The translations under genes were made by a program, and so were the position numbers. 50,000 bases of DNA. Source: Lingula anatina (lineage: Eukaryota; Animalia; Brachiopoda). Positions within the stretch are counted from its first letter, which is position 1, and each line of letters opens with the position of its first letter. Shown here one piece after another: positions 36,101-50,000 of the stretch. Under the pieces are notes generated by a model that ran no database searches, was not told the origin of the DNA, and worked only from the letters and a program-made list of their open reading frames with translations. The stretch lies in assembly GCA_051362555.1 (NCBI GenBank), contig JBPQGU010000015.1:1-50000 (forward strand). Reading direction: 5' to 3'.

Positions 36101-39100
36101 GGGCTTTAATGAAGTGACCCGGGCGCGTTTCCACATTTTTTATGAATGTCAGGTGTGGTAAATTAATTTTCATCACTTTTTGGAAAAATTGGTGACGGGT
36201 CATTTTTGGGTGATTTTGAGAGATTTTCGTAAGGTCCGGATATGGCAGTTTTCTTCAATTTTGGCCAGGTAGGGATGAAAAATTTTTTTCTTCAATATTG
36301 TGTCAGGTGTGTGTGTTTGGTCATTTGTAGTGAGGGTAAAGTGCTGGAAAAGTGATTGTGTCATTATTTAGGAAGAAATAGAGCAAAAACTCTCTCCACC
36401 CCCCCTCTCTCCAAATCCTGTTCTCAGGTGTGCTTTCTGGCAATCTTTAAAGCTGAAATTGGGGGCTTTAATGAAGTGACCCGGGCGCGTTTCCACATTT
36501 TTTATGAATGTCAGGTGTGGTAAATTAATTTTCATCACTTTTTGGAAAAATTGGTGACGGGTCATTTTTGTGTGATTTTGAGAGATTTTCGTAAGGTCTG
36601 GATATGGCAGTTTTCTTCAATTTTGGCCAGGTAGGGATGAAAAATTTTTTTCTTCAATATTGTGTCAGGTGTGTGTGTTTGGTCATTTGTAGTGAGGGTA
36701 AAGTGCTGGAAGAGTGATTGTGTCATTATTTAGGAAGAAATAGAGCAAAAACTCTCTCCACCCCCCCTCTCTCCAAATCCTGTTCTCAGGTGTGCTTTCT
36801 GGCAATCTTTAAAGCTGAAATTGGGGGCTTTAATGAAGTGACCCGGGCGCGTTTCCACATTTTTTATGAATGTCAGGTGTGGTAAATTAATTTTCATCAC
36901 TTTTTGGAAAAATTGGTGACGGGTCATTTTTGGGTGATTTTGAGAGATTTTCGTAAGGTCCGGATATGGCAGTTTTCTTCAATTTTGGCCAGGTAGGGAT
37001 GAAAAATTTTTTTCTTCAATATTGTGTCAGGTGTGTGTGTTTGGTCATTTGTAGTGAGGGTAAAGTGCTGGAAGAGTGATTGTGTCATTATTTAGGAAGA
37101 AATAGAGCAAAAACTCTCTCCACCCCCCCTCTCTCCAAATCCTGTTCTCAGGTGTGCTTTCTGGCAATCTTTAAAGCTGAAATTGGGGGCTTTAATGAAG
37201 TGACCCGGGCGCGTTTCCACATTTTTTATGAATGTCAGGTGTGGTAAATTAATTTTCATCACTTTTTGGAAAAATTGGTGACGGGTCATTTTTGGGTGAT
37301 TTTGAGAGATTTTCGTAAGGTCCGGATATGGCAGTTTTCTTCAATTTTGGCCAGGTAGGGATGAAAAATTTTTTTCTTCAATATTGTGTCAGGTGTGTGT
37401 GTTTGGTCATTTGTAGTGAGGGTAAAGTGCTGGAAGAGTGATTGTGTCATTATTTAGGAAGAAATAGAGCAAAAACTCTCTCCACCCCCCCTCTCTCCAA
37501 ATCCTGTTCTCAGGTGTGCTTTCTGGCAATCTTTAAAGCTGAAATTGGGGGCTTTAATGAAGTGACCCGGGCGCGTTTCCACATTTTTTATGAATGTCAG
37601 GTGTGGTAAATTAATTTTCATCACTTTTTGGAAAAATTGGTGACGGGTCATTTTTGGGTGATTTTGAGAGATTTTCGTAAGGTCCGGATATGGCAGTTTT
37701 CTTCAATTTTGGCCAGGTAGGGATGAAAAATTTTTTTCTTCAATATTGTGTCAGGTAGGTGTGTTTGGTCATTTGTAGTGAGGGTAAAGTGCTGGAAGAG
37801 TGATTGTGTCATTATTTAGGAAGAAATAGAGCAAAAACTCTCTCCACCCCCCCTCTCTCCAAATCCTGTTCTCAGGTGTGCTTTCTGGCAATCTTTAAAG
37901 CTGAAATTGGGGGCTTTAATGAAGTGACCCGGGCGCGTTTCCACATTTTTTATGAATGTCAGGTGTGGTAAATTAATTTTCATCACTTTTTGGAAAAATT
38001 GGTGTCGGGTCATTTTTGGGTGATTTTGAGAGATTTTCGTAAGGTCCGGATATGGCAGTTTTCTTCAATTTTGGCCAGGTAGGGATGAAAAATTTTTTTC
38101 TTCAATATTGTGTCAGGTGTGTGTGTTTGGTCATTTGTAGTGAGGGTAAAGTGCTGGAAGAGTGATTGTGTCATTATTTAGGAAGAAATAGAGCAAAAAC
38201 TCTCTCCACCCCCCCTCTCTCCAAATCCTGTTCTCAGGTGTGCTTTCTGGCAATCTTTAAAGCTGAAATTGGGGGCTTTAATGAAGTGACCCGGGCGCGT
38301 TTCCACATTTTTTATGAATGTCAGGTGTGGTAAATTAATTTTCATCACTTTTTGGAAAAATTGGTGACGGGTCATTTTTGGGTGATTTTGAGAGATTTTC
38401 GTAAGGTCTGGATATGGCAGTTTTCTTCAATTTTGGCCAGGTAGGGATGAAAAATTTTTTTCTTCAATATTGTGTCAGGTGTGTGTGTTTGGTCATTTGT
38501 AGTGAGGGTAAAGTGCTGGAAGAGTGATTGTGTCATTATTTAGGAAGAAATAGAGCAAAAACTCTCTCCACCCCCCCTCTCTCCAAATCCTGTTCTCAGG
38601 TGTGCTTTCTGGCAATCTTTAAAGCTGAAATTGGGGGCTTTAATGAAGTGACCCGGGCGCGTTTCCACATTTTTTATGAATGTCAGGTGTGGTAAATTAA
38701 TTTTCATCACTTTTTGGAAAAATTGGTGACGGGTCATTTTTGGGTGATTTTAAGAGATATTCGTAAGGTCCGGATATGGCAGTTTTCTTCAATTTTGGCC
38801 AGGTAGGGATGAAAAATTTTTTTCTTCAATATTGTGTCAGGTGTGTGTGTTTGGTCATTTGTAGTGAGGGTAAAGTGCTGGAAGAGTGATTGTGTCATTA
38901 TTTAGGAAGAAATAGAGCAAAAACTCTCTCCACCCCCCCTCTCTCCAAATCCTGTTCTCAGGTGTGCTTTCTGGCAATCTTTAAAGCTGAAATTGGGGGC
39001 TTTAATGAAGTGACCCGGGCGCGTTTCCACATTTTTTATGAATGTCAGGTGTGGTAAATTAATTTTCATCACTTTTTGGAAAAATTGGTGACGGGTCATT

Positions 39101-42100
39101 TTTGGGTGATTTTGAGAGATTTTCGTAAGGTCCGGATATGGCAGTTTTCTTCAATTTTGGCCAGGTAGGGATGAAAAATTTTTTTCTTCAATATTGTGTC
39201 AGGTGTGTGTGTTTGGTCATTTGTAGTGAGGGTAAAGTGCTGGAAGAGTGATTGTGTCATTATTTAGGAAGAAATAGAGCAAAAACTCTCTCCACCCCCC
39301 CTCTCTCCAAATCCTGTTCTCAGGTGTGCTTTCTGGCAATCTTTAAAGCTGAAATTGGGGGCTTTAATGAAGTGACCCGGGCGCGTTTCCACATTTTTTA
39401 TGAATGTCAGGTGTGGTAAATTAATTTTCATCACTTTTTGGAAAAATTGGTGACGGGTCATTTTTGGGTGATTTTGAGAGATTTTCGTAAGGTCCGGATA
39501 TGGCAGTTTTCTTCAATTTTGGCCAGGTAGGGATGAAAAATTTTTTTCTTCAATATTGTGTCAGGTAGGTGTGTTTGGTCATTTGTAGTGAGGGTAAAGT
39601 GCTGGAAGAGTGATTGTGTCATTATTTAGGAAGAAATAGAGCAAAAACTCTCTCCACCCCCCCTCTCTCCAAATCCTGTTCTCAGGTGTGCTTTCTGGCA
39701 ATCTTTAAAGCTGAAATTGGGGGCTTTAATGAAGTGACCCGGGCGCGTTTCCACATTTTTTATGAATGTCAGGTGTGGTAAATTAATTTTCATCACTTTT
39801 TGGAAAAATTGGTGACGGGTCATTTTTGGGTGATTTTGAGAGATTTTCGTAAGGTCCGGATATGGCAGTTTTCTTCAATTTTGGCCAGGTAGGGATGAAA
39901 AATTTTTTTCTTCAATATTGTGTCAGGTGTGTGTGTTTGGTCATTTGTAGTGAGGGTAAAGTGCTGGAAGAGTGATTGTGTCATTATTTAGGAAGAAATA
40001 GAGCAAAAACTCTCTCCACCCCCCCTCTCTCCAAATCCTGTTCTCAGGTGTGCTTTCTGGCAATCTTTAAAGCTGAAATTGGGGGCTTTAATGAAGTGAC
40101 CCGGGCGCGTTTCCACATTTTTTATGAATGTCAGGTGTGGTAAATTAATTTTCATCACTTTTTGGAAAAATTGGTGACGGGTCATTTTTGGGTGATTTTG
40201 AGAGATTTTCGTAAGGTCCGGATATGGCAGTTTTCTTCAATTTTGGCCAGGTAGGGATGAAAAATTTTTTTCTTCAATATTGTGTCAGGTAGGTGTGTTT
40301 GGTCATTTGTAGTGAGGGTAAAGTGCTGGAAGAGTGATTGTGTCATTATTTAGGAAGAAATAGAGCAAAAACTCTCTCCACCCCCCCTCTCTCCAAATCC
40401 TGTTCTCAGGTGTGCTTTCTGGCAATCTTTAAAGCTGAAATTGGGGGCTTTAATGAAGTGACCCGGGCGCGTTTCCACATTTTTTATGAATGTCAGGTGT
40501 GGTAAATTAATTTTCATCACTTTTTGGAAAAATTGGTGACGGGTCATTTTTGGGTGATTTTGAGAGATTTTCGTAAGGTCCGGATATGGCAGTTTTCTTC
40601 AATTTTGGCCAGGTAGGGATGAAAAATTTTTTTCTTCAATATTGTGTCAGGTGTGTGTGTTTGGTCATTTGTAGTGAGGGTAAAGTGCTGGAAGAGTGAT
40701 TGTGTCATTATTTAGGAAGAAATAGAGCAAAAACTCTCTCCACCCCCCCTCTCTCCAAATCCTGTTCTCAGGTGTGCTTTCTGGCAATCTTTAAAGCTGA
40801 AATTGGGGGCTTTAATGAAGTGACCCGGGCGCGTTTCCACATTTTTTATGAATGTCAGGTGTGGTAAATTAATTTTCATCACTTTTTGGAAAAATTGGTG
40901 ACGGGTCATTTTTGGGTGATTTTGAGAGATTTTCGTAAGGTCCGGATATGGCAGTTTTCTTCAATTTTGGCCAGGTAGGGATGAAAAATTTTTTTCTTCA
41001 ATATTGTGTCAGGTGTGTGTGTTTGGTCATTTGTAGTGAGGGTAAAGTGCTGGAAGAGTGATTGTGTCATTATTTAGGAAGAAATAGAGCAAAAACTCTC
41101 TCCACCCCCCCTCTCTCCAAATCCTGTTCTCAGGTGTGCTTTCTGGCAATCTTTAAAGCTGAAATTGGGGGCTTTAATGAAGTGACCCGGGCGCGTTTCC
41201 ACATTTTTTATGAATGTCAGGTGTGGTAAATTAATTTTCATCACTTTTTGGAAAAATTGGTGACGGGTCATTTTTGGGTGATTTTGAGAGATTTTCGTAA
41301 GGTCCGGATATGGCAGTTTTCTTCAATTTTGGCCAGGTAGGGATGAAAAATTTTTTCTTCAATATTGTGTCAGGTAGGTGTGTTTGGTCATTTGTAGTGA
41401 GGGTAAAGTGCTGGAAGAGTGATTGTGTCATTATTTAGGAAGAAATAGAGCAAAAACTCTCTCCACCCCCCCTCTCTCCAAATCCTGTTCTCAGGTGTGC
41501 TTTCTGGCAATCTTTAAAGCTGAAATTGGGGGCTTTAATGAAGTGACCCGGGCGCGTTTCCACATTTTTTATGAATGTCAGGTGTGGTAAATTAATTTTC
41601 ATCACTTTTTGGAAAAATTGGTGACGGGTCATTTTTGGGTGATTTTGAGAGATTTTCGTAAGGTCCGGATATGGCAGTTTTCTTCAATTTTGGCCAGGTA
41701 GGGATGAAAAATTTTTTTCTTCAATATTGTGTCAGGTGTGTGTGTTTGGTCATTTGTAGTGAGGGTAAAGTGCTGGAAGAGTGATTGTGTCATTATTTAG
41801 GAAGAAATAGAGCAAAAACTCTCTCCACCCCCCCTCTCTCCAAATCCTGTTCTCAGGTGTGCTTTCTGGCAATCTTTAAAGCTGAAATTGGGGGCTTTAA
41901 TGAAGTGACCCAGGCGCGTTTCCACATTTTTTATGAATGTCAGGTGTGGTAAATTAATTTTCATCACTTTTTGGAAAAATTGGTGACGGGTCATTTTTGG
42001 GTGATTTTGAGAGATTTTCGTAAGGTCCGGATATGGCAGTTTTCTTCAATTTTGATTAGGTAGGGATGAAAAATTTTTTTCTTCAATATTGTGTCAGGTA

Positions 42101-45100
42101 GGTGTGTTTGGTCATTTGTAGTGAGGGTAAAGTGCTGGAAGAGTGATTGTGTCATTATTTAGGAAGAAATAGAGCAAAAACTCTCTCCACCCCCCCTCTC
42201 TCCAAATCCTGTTCTCAGGTGTGCTTTCTGGCAATCTTTAAAGCTGAAATTGGGGGCTTTAATAAAGTGACCCGGGCGTGTTTCCACATTTTTTATGAAT
42301 GTCAGGTGTGGTAAATTAATTTTCATCACTTTTTGGAAAAATTGGTGACGGGTCATTTTTGGGTGATTTTGAGAGATTTTCGTAAGGTCCGGATATGGCA
42401 GTATTCTTCAATTTTGGCCAGGTAGGGATGAAAAATTTTTTTCTTCAATATTGTGTCAGGTAGGTGTGTTTGGTCATTTGTAGTGAGGGTAAAGTGCTGG
42501 AAGAGTGATTGTGTCATTATTTAGGAAGAAATAGAGCAAAAACTCTCTCCACCCCCCCTCTCTCCAAATCCTGTTCTCAGGTGTGCTTTCTGGCAATCTT
42601 TAAAGCTGAAATTGGGGGCTTTAATGAAGTGACCCGGGCGCGTTTCCACATTTTTTATGAATGTCAGGTGTGGTAAATTAATTTTCATCACTTTTTGGAA
42701 AAATTGGTGACGGGTCATTTTTGGGTGATTTTGAGAGATTTTAGTAAGGTCCGGATATGGCAGTTTTCTTCAATTTTGGCCAGGTAGGGATGAAAAAATT
42801 TTTTCTTCAATATTGTGTCAGGTAGGTGTGTTTGGTCATTTGTAGTGAGGGTAAAGTGCTGGAAGAGTGATTGTGTCATTATTTAGGAAAAAATAGAGCA
42901 AAAACTCTCTCCACCCCCCCTCTCTCCAAATCCTGTTCTCAGGTGTGCTTTCTGGCAATCTTTAAAGCTGAAATTGGGGGCTTTAATGAAGTGACCCGGG
43001 CGTGTTTCCACATTTTTTATGAATGTCAGGTGTGGTAAATTAATTTTCATCACTTTTTGGAAAAATTGGTGACGGGTCATTTTTGGGTGATTTTGAGAGA
43101 TTTTACTAAGGATCGGATATGGCAGTATTCTTCAATTTTGGCCAGGTAGGGATGAAAAATTTTTTTCTTCAATATTGTGTCAGGTAGGTGTGTTTGGTCA
43201 TTTGTAGTGAGGGTAAAGTGCTGGAAGAGTGATTGTGTCATTATTTAGGAAGAAATAGAGCAAAAACTCTCTCCACCCCCCCTCTCTCCAAATCCTGTTC
43301 TCAGGTGTGCTTTCTGGCAATCTTTAAAGCTGAAATTGGGGGCTTTAATGAAGTGACCCGGGCGCGTTTCCACATTTTTTATGAATGTCAGGTGTGGTAA
43401 ATTAATTTTCATCACTTTTTGGAAAAATTGGTGACGGGTCATTTTTGGGTGATTTTGATAGATTTTCGTAAGGTCCGGTTATGGCAGATTTCTTCAATTT
43501 TGGCCAGGTAGGGATGAAAAAATTTTTTCTTCAATATTGTGTCAGGTAGGTGTGTTTGGTCATATGTAGTGAGGGTAATGTGCTGGAAGAGTGATTGTGT
43601 CATTATTTAGGAAGAAATAGAGCAAAAACTCTCTCCACCCCCCCTCTCTCCAAATCCTGTTCTCAGGTGTGCTTTCTGGCAATCTTTAAAGCTGAAATTT
43701 GGGGCTTTAATGAAGTGACCCGGGCGCGTTTCCACATTTTTTATGAATGTCAGGTGTGGTAAATTAATTTTCATCACTTTTTGGAAAAATTGGTGACGGG
43801 TCATTTTTGGGTGATTTTGAGAGATTTTCGTAAGGTCCAGATATGGCAGTTTTCTTCAATTTTGGCCAGGTAGGGATGAAAAATTTCTTTCTTCAATATT
43901 GTGTCAGGTAGGTGTGTTTGGTCATTTGTAGTGAGGGTAAAGTGCTGGAAGAGTGATTGTGTCATTATTTAGGAAGAAATAGAGCAAAAACTCTCCCCCA
44001 CCCCCCCTCTCTCCAAATCCTGTTCTCAGGTGTGCTTTCTGGCAATCTTTAAAGCTGAAATTGGGGGCTTTAATGAAGTGACCCGGGCGCGTTTCCACAT
44101 TTTTTATGAATGTCAGGTGTGGTAAATTAATTTTCATCACTTTTTGGAAAAATTGGTGACGGGTCATTTTTGGGTGATTTTGAGAGATTTTCGTAAGGTC
44201 CGGATATGGCAGTTTTCTTCAATTTTGGCCAGGTAGGGATGAAAAATTTTTTTCTTCAATATTGTGTCAGGTAGGTGTGTTTGGTCATTTGTAGTGAGGG
44301 TAAAGTGCTGGAAGAGTGATTGTGTCATTATTTAGGAAGAAATAGAGCAAAAACTCTCTCCACCCCCCCCTCTCTCCAAATCCTGTTCTCAGGTGTGCTT
44401 TCTGGCAATATTTAAAGCTGAAATTGGGGGCTTTAATAAAGTGACCCGGGCGTGTTTCCACATTTTTTATGAATGTCAGGTGTGGTAAATTAATTTTCAT
44501 CACTTTTTGGAAAAATTGGTGACGGGTCATTTTTGGGTGATTTTGAGAGATTTTACTAAGGTCCGGATATGGCAGTATTCTTCAATTTTGGCCAGGTAGG
44601 GATGAAAAATTTTTTTCTTCAATATTGTGTCAGGTAGGTGTGTTTGGTCATTTGTAGTGAGGGTAAAGTGCTGGAAGAGTGATTGTGTCATTATTTAGGA
44701 AGAAATAGAGCAAAAACTCTCTCCCCCCCCCCCCCTCTCTCCAAATCCTGTTCTCAGGTGTGCTTTCTGGCAATCTTTAAAGCTGAAATTGGGGGCTTTA
44801 ATGAAGTGACCCGGGCGCGTTTCCACATTTTTTATGAATGTCAGGTGTGGTAAATTAATTTTCATCACTTTTTGGAAAAATTAGTGACGGGTCATTTTTG
44901 GGTGATTTTGAGAGATTTTCGTAAGGTCCGGATATGGCAGTTTTCTTCAATTTTGGCCAGGTAGGGATGAAAAATTTTTTTCTTCAATATTGTGTCAGGT
45001 AGGTGTGTTTGGTCATTTGTAGTGAGGGTAAAGTGCTGGAAGAGTGATTGTGTCATTATTTAGGAAGAAATAGAGCAAAAACTCTCTCCACCCCCCCCTC

Positions 45101-48100
45101 TCTCCAAATCCTGTTCTCAGGTGTGCTTTCTGGCAATCTTTAAAGCTGAAATTGGGGGCTTTAATAAAGTGACCCGGGCGTGTTTCCACATTTTTTATGA
45201 ATGTCAGGTGTGGTAAATTAATTTTCATCACTTTTTGGAAAAATTGGTGACGGGTCATTTTTGGGTGATTTTGAGAGATTTTACTAAGGTCCGGATATGG
45301 CAGTTTTCTTCAATTTTGGCCAGGTAGGGATGAAAAAATTTTTTCTTCAATATTGTGTCAGGTAGGTGTGTTTGGTCATTTGTAGTGAGGGTAAAGTGCT
45401 GAATGAGTGATTGTGTCATTATTTAGGAAGAAATAGAGCAAAAACTCTCTCCACCCCCCCTCTCTCCAAATCCTGTTCTCAGGTGTGCTTTCTGGCAATC
45501 TTTAAAGCTGAAATTGGGGGCTTTAATGAAGTGACCCGGGCGTGTTTCCACATTTTTTATGAATGTCAGGTGTGGTAAATTAATTTTCATCACTTTTTGG
45601 AAAAATTTGTGATGGGTCATTTTTGGGTGATTTTGAGAGATTTTACTAAGGATCGGATATGGCAGTATTCTTCAGTTTTGGCCAGGTAGGGATGAAAAAT
45701 TTTTTTCTTCAATATTGTGTCAGGTAGGTGTGTTTGGTCATTTGTAGTGAGGGTAAAGTGCTGGAAGAGTGATTGTGTCATTATTTAGGAAGAAATAGAG
45801 CAAAAACTCTCTCCACCCCCCCTCTCTCCAAATCCTGTTCTCAGGTGTGCTTTCTGGCAATCTTTAAAGCTGAAATTGGGGGTTTAATGAAGTGACCCGG
45901 GCGCGTTTCCACATTTTTTATGAATGTCAGGTGTGGTAAATTAATTTTCATCACTTTTTGGAAAAATTGGTGACGGGTCATTTTTGGGTGATTTTGAGAG
46001 ATTTTCGTAAGGTCCGGTTATGGCAGATTTCTTCAATTTTGGCCAGGTAGGGATGAAAAAATTTTTTCTTCAATATTGTGTCAGGTAGGTGTGTTTGGTC
46101 ATATGTAGTGAGGGTAATGTGCTGGAAGAGTGATTGTGTCATTATTTAGGAAGAAATAGAGCAAAAACTCTCTCCACCCCCCCTCTCTCCAAATCCTGTT
46201 CTCAGGTGTGCTTTCTGGCAATCTTTAAAGCTGAAATTTGGGGCTTTAATGAAGTGACCCGGGCGCGTTTCCACATTTTTTATGAATGTCAGGTGTGGTA
46301 AATTAATTTTCATCACTTTTTGGAAAAATTGGTGACGGGTCATTTTTGGGTGATTTTGAGAGATTTTCGTAAGGTCCAGATATGGCAGTTTTCTTCAATT
46401 TTGGCCAGGTAGGGATGAAAAATTTTTTTCTTCAATATTGTGTCAGGTAGGTGTGTTTGGTCATTTGTAGTGAGGGTAAAGTGCTGGAAGAGTGATTGTG
46501 TCATTATTTAGGAAGAAATAGAGCAAAAACTCTCTCCACCCCCCCTCTCTCCAAATCCTGTTCTCAGGTGTGCTTTCTGGCAATCTTTAAAGCTGAAATT
46601 GGGGGCTTTAATGAAGTGACCCGGGCGCGTTTCCACATTTTTTATGAATGTCAGGTGTGGTAAATTAATTTTCATCACTTTTTGGAAAAATTGGTGACGG
46701 GTCATTTTTGGGTGATTTTGAGAGATTTTCGTAAGGTCCGGATATGGCAGTTTTCTTCAATTTTGGCCAGGTAGGGATGAAAAATTTTTTTCTTCAATAT
46801 TGTTTCAGGTAGGTGTGTTTGGTCATTTGTAGTGAGGGTAAAGTGCTGGAAGAGTGATTGTGTCATTATTTAGGAAGAAATAGAGCAAAAACTCTCTCCA
46901 CCCCCCCTCTCTCCAAATCCTGTTCTCAGGTGTGCTTTCTGGCAATCTTTAAAGCTGAAATTGGGGGCTTTAATGAAGTGACCCGGGCGCGTTTCCACAT
47001 TTTTTATGAATGTCAGGTGTGGTAAATTAATTTTCATCACTTTTTGGAAAAATTGGTGACGGGTCATTTTTGGGTGATTTTGAGAGATTTTCGTAAGGTC
47101 CGGATATGGCAGTTTTCTTCAATTTTGGCCAGGTAGGGATGAAAATTTTTTTTCTTCAATATTGTGTCAGGTAGGTGTGTTTGGTCATTTGTAGTGAGGG
47201 TAAAGTGCTGGAAGAGTGATTGTGTCATTATTTAGGAAGAAATAGAGCAAAAACTCTCTCCACCCCCCCTCTCTCCAAATCCTGTTCTCAGGTGTGCTTT
47301 CTGGCAATCTTTAAAGCTGAAATTGGGGGCTTTAATGAAGTGACCCGGGCGCGTTTCCACATTTTTTATGAATGTCAGGTGTGGTAAATTAATTTTCATC
47401 ACTTTTTGGAAAAATTGGTGACGGGTCATTTTTGGGTGATTTTGAGAGATTTTCGTAAGGTCCGGATATGGCAGTTTTCTTCAATTTTGGCCAGGTAGGG
47501 ATGAAAAATTTTTTTCTTCAATATTGTGTCAGGTAGGTGTGTTTGGTCATTTGTAGTGAGGGTAAAGTGCTGGAAGAGTGATTGTGTCATTATTTAGGAA
47601 GAAATAGAGCAAAAACTCTCTCCACCCCCCCTCTCTCCAAATCCTGTTCTCAGGTGTGCTTTCTGGCAATCTTTAAAGCTGAAATTGGGGGCTTTAATGA
47701 AGTGACCCGGGCACGTTTCCACATTTTTTATGAATGTCAGGTGTGGTAAATTAATTTTCATCACTTTTTGGAAAAATTGGTGACGGGTCATTTTTGGGTG
47801 ATTTTGAGAGATTTTCGTAAGGTCCGGATATGGCAGTTTTCTTCAATTTTGGCCAGGTAGGGATGAAAAATTTTTTTCTTCAATATTGTGTCAGGTGTGT
47901 GTGTTTGGTCATTTGTAGTGAGGGTAAAGTGCTGGAAGAGTGATTGTGTCATTATTTAGGAAGAAATAGAGCAAAAACTCTCTCCACCCCCCCTCTCTCC
48001 AAATCCTGTTCTCAGGTGTGCTTTCTGGCAATCTTTAAAGCTGAAATTGGGGGCTTTAATGAAGTGACCTGGGCGCGTTTCCACATTTTTTATGAATGTC

Positions 48101-50000
48101 AGGTGTGGTAAATTAATTTTCATCACTTTTTGGAAAAATTGGTGACGGGTCATTTTTGGGTGATTTTGAGAGATTTTCGTAAGGTCCGGATATGGCAGTT
48201 TTCTTCAATTTTGGCCAGGTAGGGATGAAAATTTTTTTTCTTCAATATTGTGTCAGGTGTGTGTGTTTGGTCATTTGTAGTGAGGGTAAAGTGCTGGAAG
48301 AGTGATTGTGTCATTATTTAGGAAGAAATAGAGCAAAAACTCTCTCCACCCCCCCTCTCTCCAAATCCTGTTCTCAGGTGTGCTTTCTGGCAATCTTTAA
48401 AGCTGAAATTGGGGGCTTTAATGAAGTGACCCGGACGCGTTTCCACATTTTTTATGAATGTCAGGTGTGGTAAATTAATTTTCATCACTTTTTGGAAAAA
48501 TTGGTGACGGGTCATTTTTGGGTGATTTTGAGAGATTTTCGTAAGGTCCGGATATGGCAGTTTTCTTCAATTTTGGCCAGGTAGGGATGAAAAAATTTTT
48601 TCTTCAATATTGTGTCAGGTGTGTGTGTTTGGTCATTTGTAGTGAGGGTAAAGTGCTGGAAGAGTGATTGTGTCATTATTTAGGAAGAAATAGAGCAAAA
48701 ACTCTCTCCACCCCCCCTCTCTCCAAATCCTGTTCTCAGGTGTGCTTTCTGGCAATCTTTAAAGCTGAAATTGGGGGCTTTAATGAAGTGACCCGGGCGC
48801 GTTTCCACATTTTTTATGAATGTCAGGTGTGGTAAATTAATTTTCATCACTTTTTGGAAAAATTGGTGACGGGTCATTTTTGGGTGATTTTGAGAGATTT
48901 TCGTAAGGTCCGGATATGGCAGTTTTCTTCAATTTTGGCCAGGTAGGGATGAAAAATTTTTTTCTTCAATATTGTGTCAGGTGTGTGTGTTTGGTCATTT
49001 GTAGTGAGGGTAAAGTGCTGGAAGAGTGATTGTGTCATTATTTAGGAAGAAATAGAGCAAAAACTCTCTCCACCCCCCCTCTCTCCAAATCCTGTTCTCA
49101 GGTGTGCTTTCTGGCAATCTTTAAAGCTGAAATTGGGGGCTTTAATGAAGTGACCCGGGCGCGTTTCCACATTTTTTATGAATGTCAGGTGTGGTAAATT
49201 AATTTTCATCACTTTTTGGAAAAATTGGTGACGGGTCATTTTTGGGTGATTTTGAGAGATTTTCGTAAGGTCCGGATATGGCAGTTTTCTTCAATTTTGG
49301 CCAGGTAGGGATGAAAAAATTTTTTCTTTAATATTGTGTCAGGTGTGTGTGTTTGGTCATTTGTAGTGAGGGTAAAGTGCTGGAAGAGTGATTGTGTCAT
49401 TATTTAGGAAGAAATAGAGCAAAAACTCTCTCCACCCCCCCTCTCTCCAAATCCTGTTCTCAGGTGTGCTTTCTGGCAATCTTTAAAGCTGAAATTGGGG
49501 GCTTTAATGAAGTGACCCGGGCGCGTTTCCACATTTTTTATGAATGTCAGGTGTGGTAAATTAATTTTCATCACTTTTTGGAAAAATTGGTGACGGGTCA
49601 TTTTTGGGTGATTTTGAGAGATTTTCGTAAGGTCCGGATATGGCAGTTTTCTTCAATTTTGGCCAGGTAGGGATGAAAAATTTTTTTCTTCAATATTGTG
49701 TCAGGTGTGTGTGTTTGGTCATTTGTAGTGAGGGTAAAGTGCTGGAAGAGTGATTGTGTCATTATTTAGGAAGAAATAGAGCAAAAACTCTCTCCACCCC
49801 CCCTCTCTCCAAATCCTGTTCTCAGGTGTGCTTTCTGGCAATCTTTAAAGCTGAAATTGGGGGCTTTAATGAAGTGACCCGGGCGCGTTTCCACATTTTT
49901 TATGAATGTCAGGTGTGGTAAATTAATTTTCATCACTTTTTGGAAAAATTGGTGACGGGTCATTTTTGGGTGATTTTGAGAGATTTTCGTAAGGTCCGGA
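21185..50000. repeat. Satellite DNA array with a 362-bp monomer, about 79.6 head-to-tail copies, open at the right edge
   Basis: The ORF track and the sequence both recur every 362 bp. Copies are near-identical, the monomer is rich in A/T tracts, and the left junction at about 21185 is sharp. Confidence 0.99.

Noticed and set aside
21158-49963. About 75 near-identical 65-aa ORFs (MTRHQFFQKV...)
   Set aside because: They are a by-product of the satellite periodicity, show no recognisable domain, and are freely broken by indels in several copies.

Overview
AT-rich metazoan genomic DNA with spliceosomal introns, probably a marine invertebrate such as a mollusc (inference). From 1 to 5.1 kb there are two head-to-head genes sharing a CRE/ETS-containing promoter. 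The minus-strand gene is multi-exon, and its first coding exon ends in a canonical 2A/StopGo ribosome-skipping motif (LLFLSGDVEMNPG|P) spliced in frame to TPR-like exons. The plus-strand gene has a single-exon 329-aa Ser-rich CDS. From about 6 to 21 kb is transposon debris: a decayed DIRS/Ngaro-type retrotransposon carrying a nested 5'-truncated LINE and two MITEs, plus a 36-bp minisatellite and microsatellites. From 21.2 kb to the window end is an array of about 80 copies of a 362-bp satellite. The most interesting signal is the 2A-bearing leader exon, possibly retrotransposon-derived, fused to a cellular TPR gene. All calls were made by eye and no searches were run.
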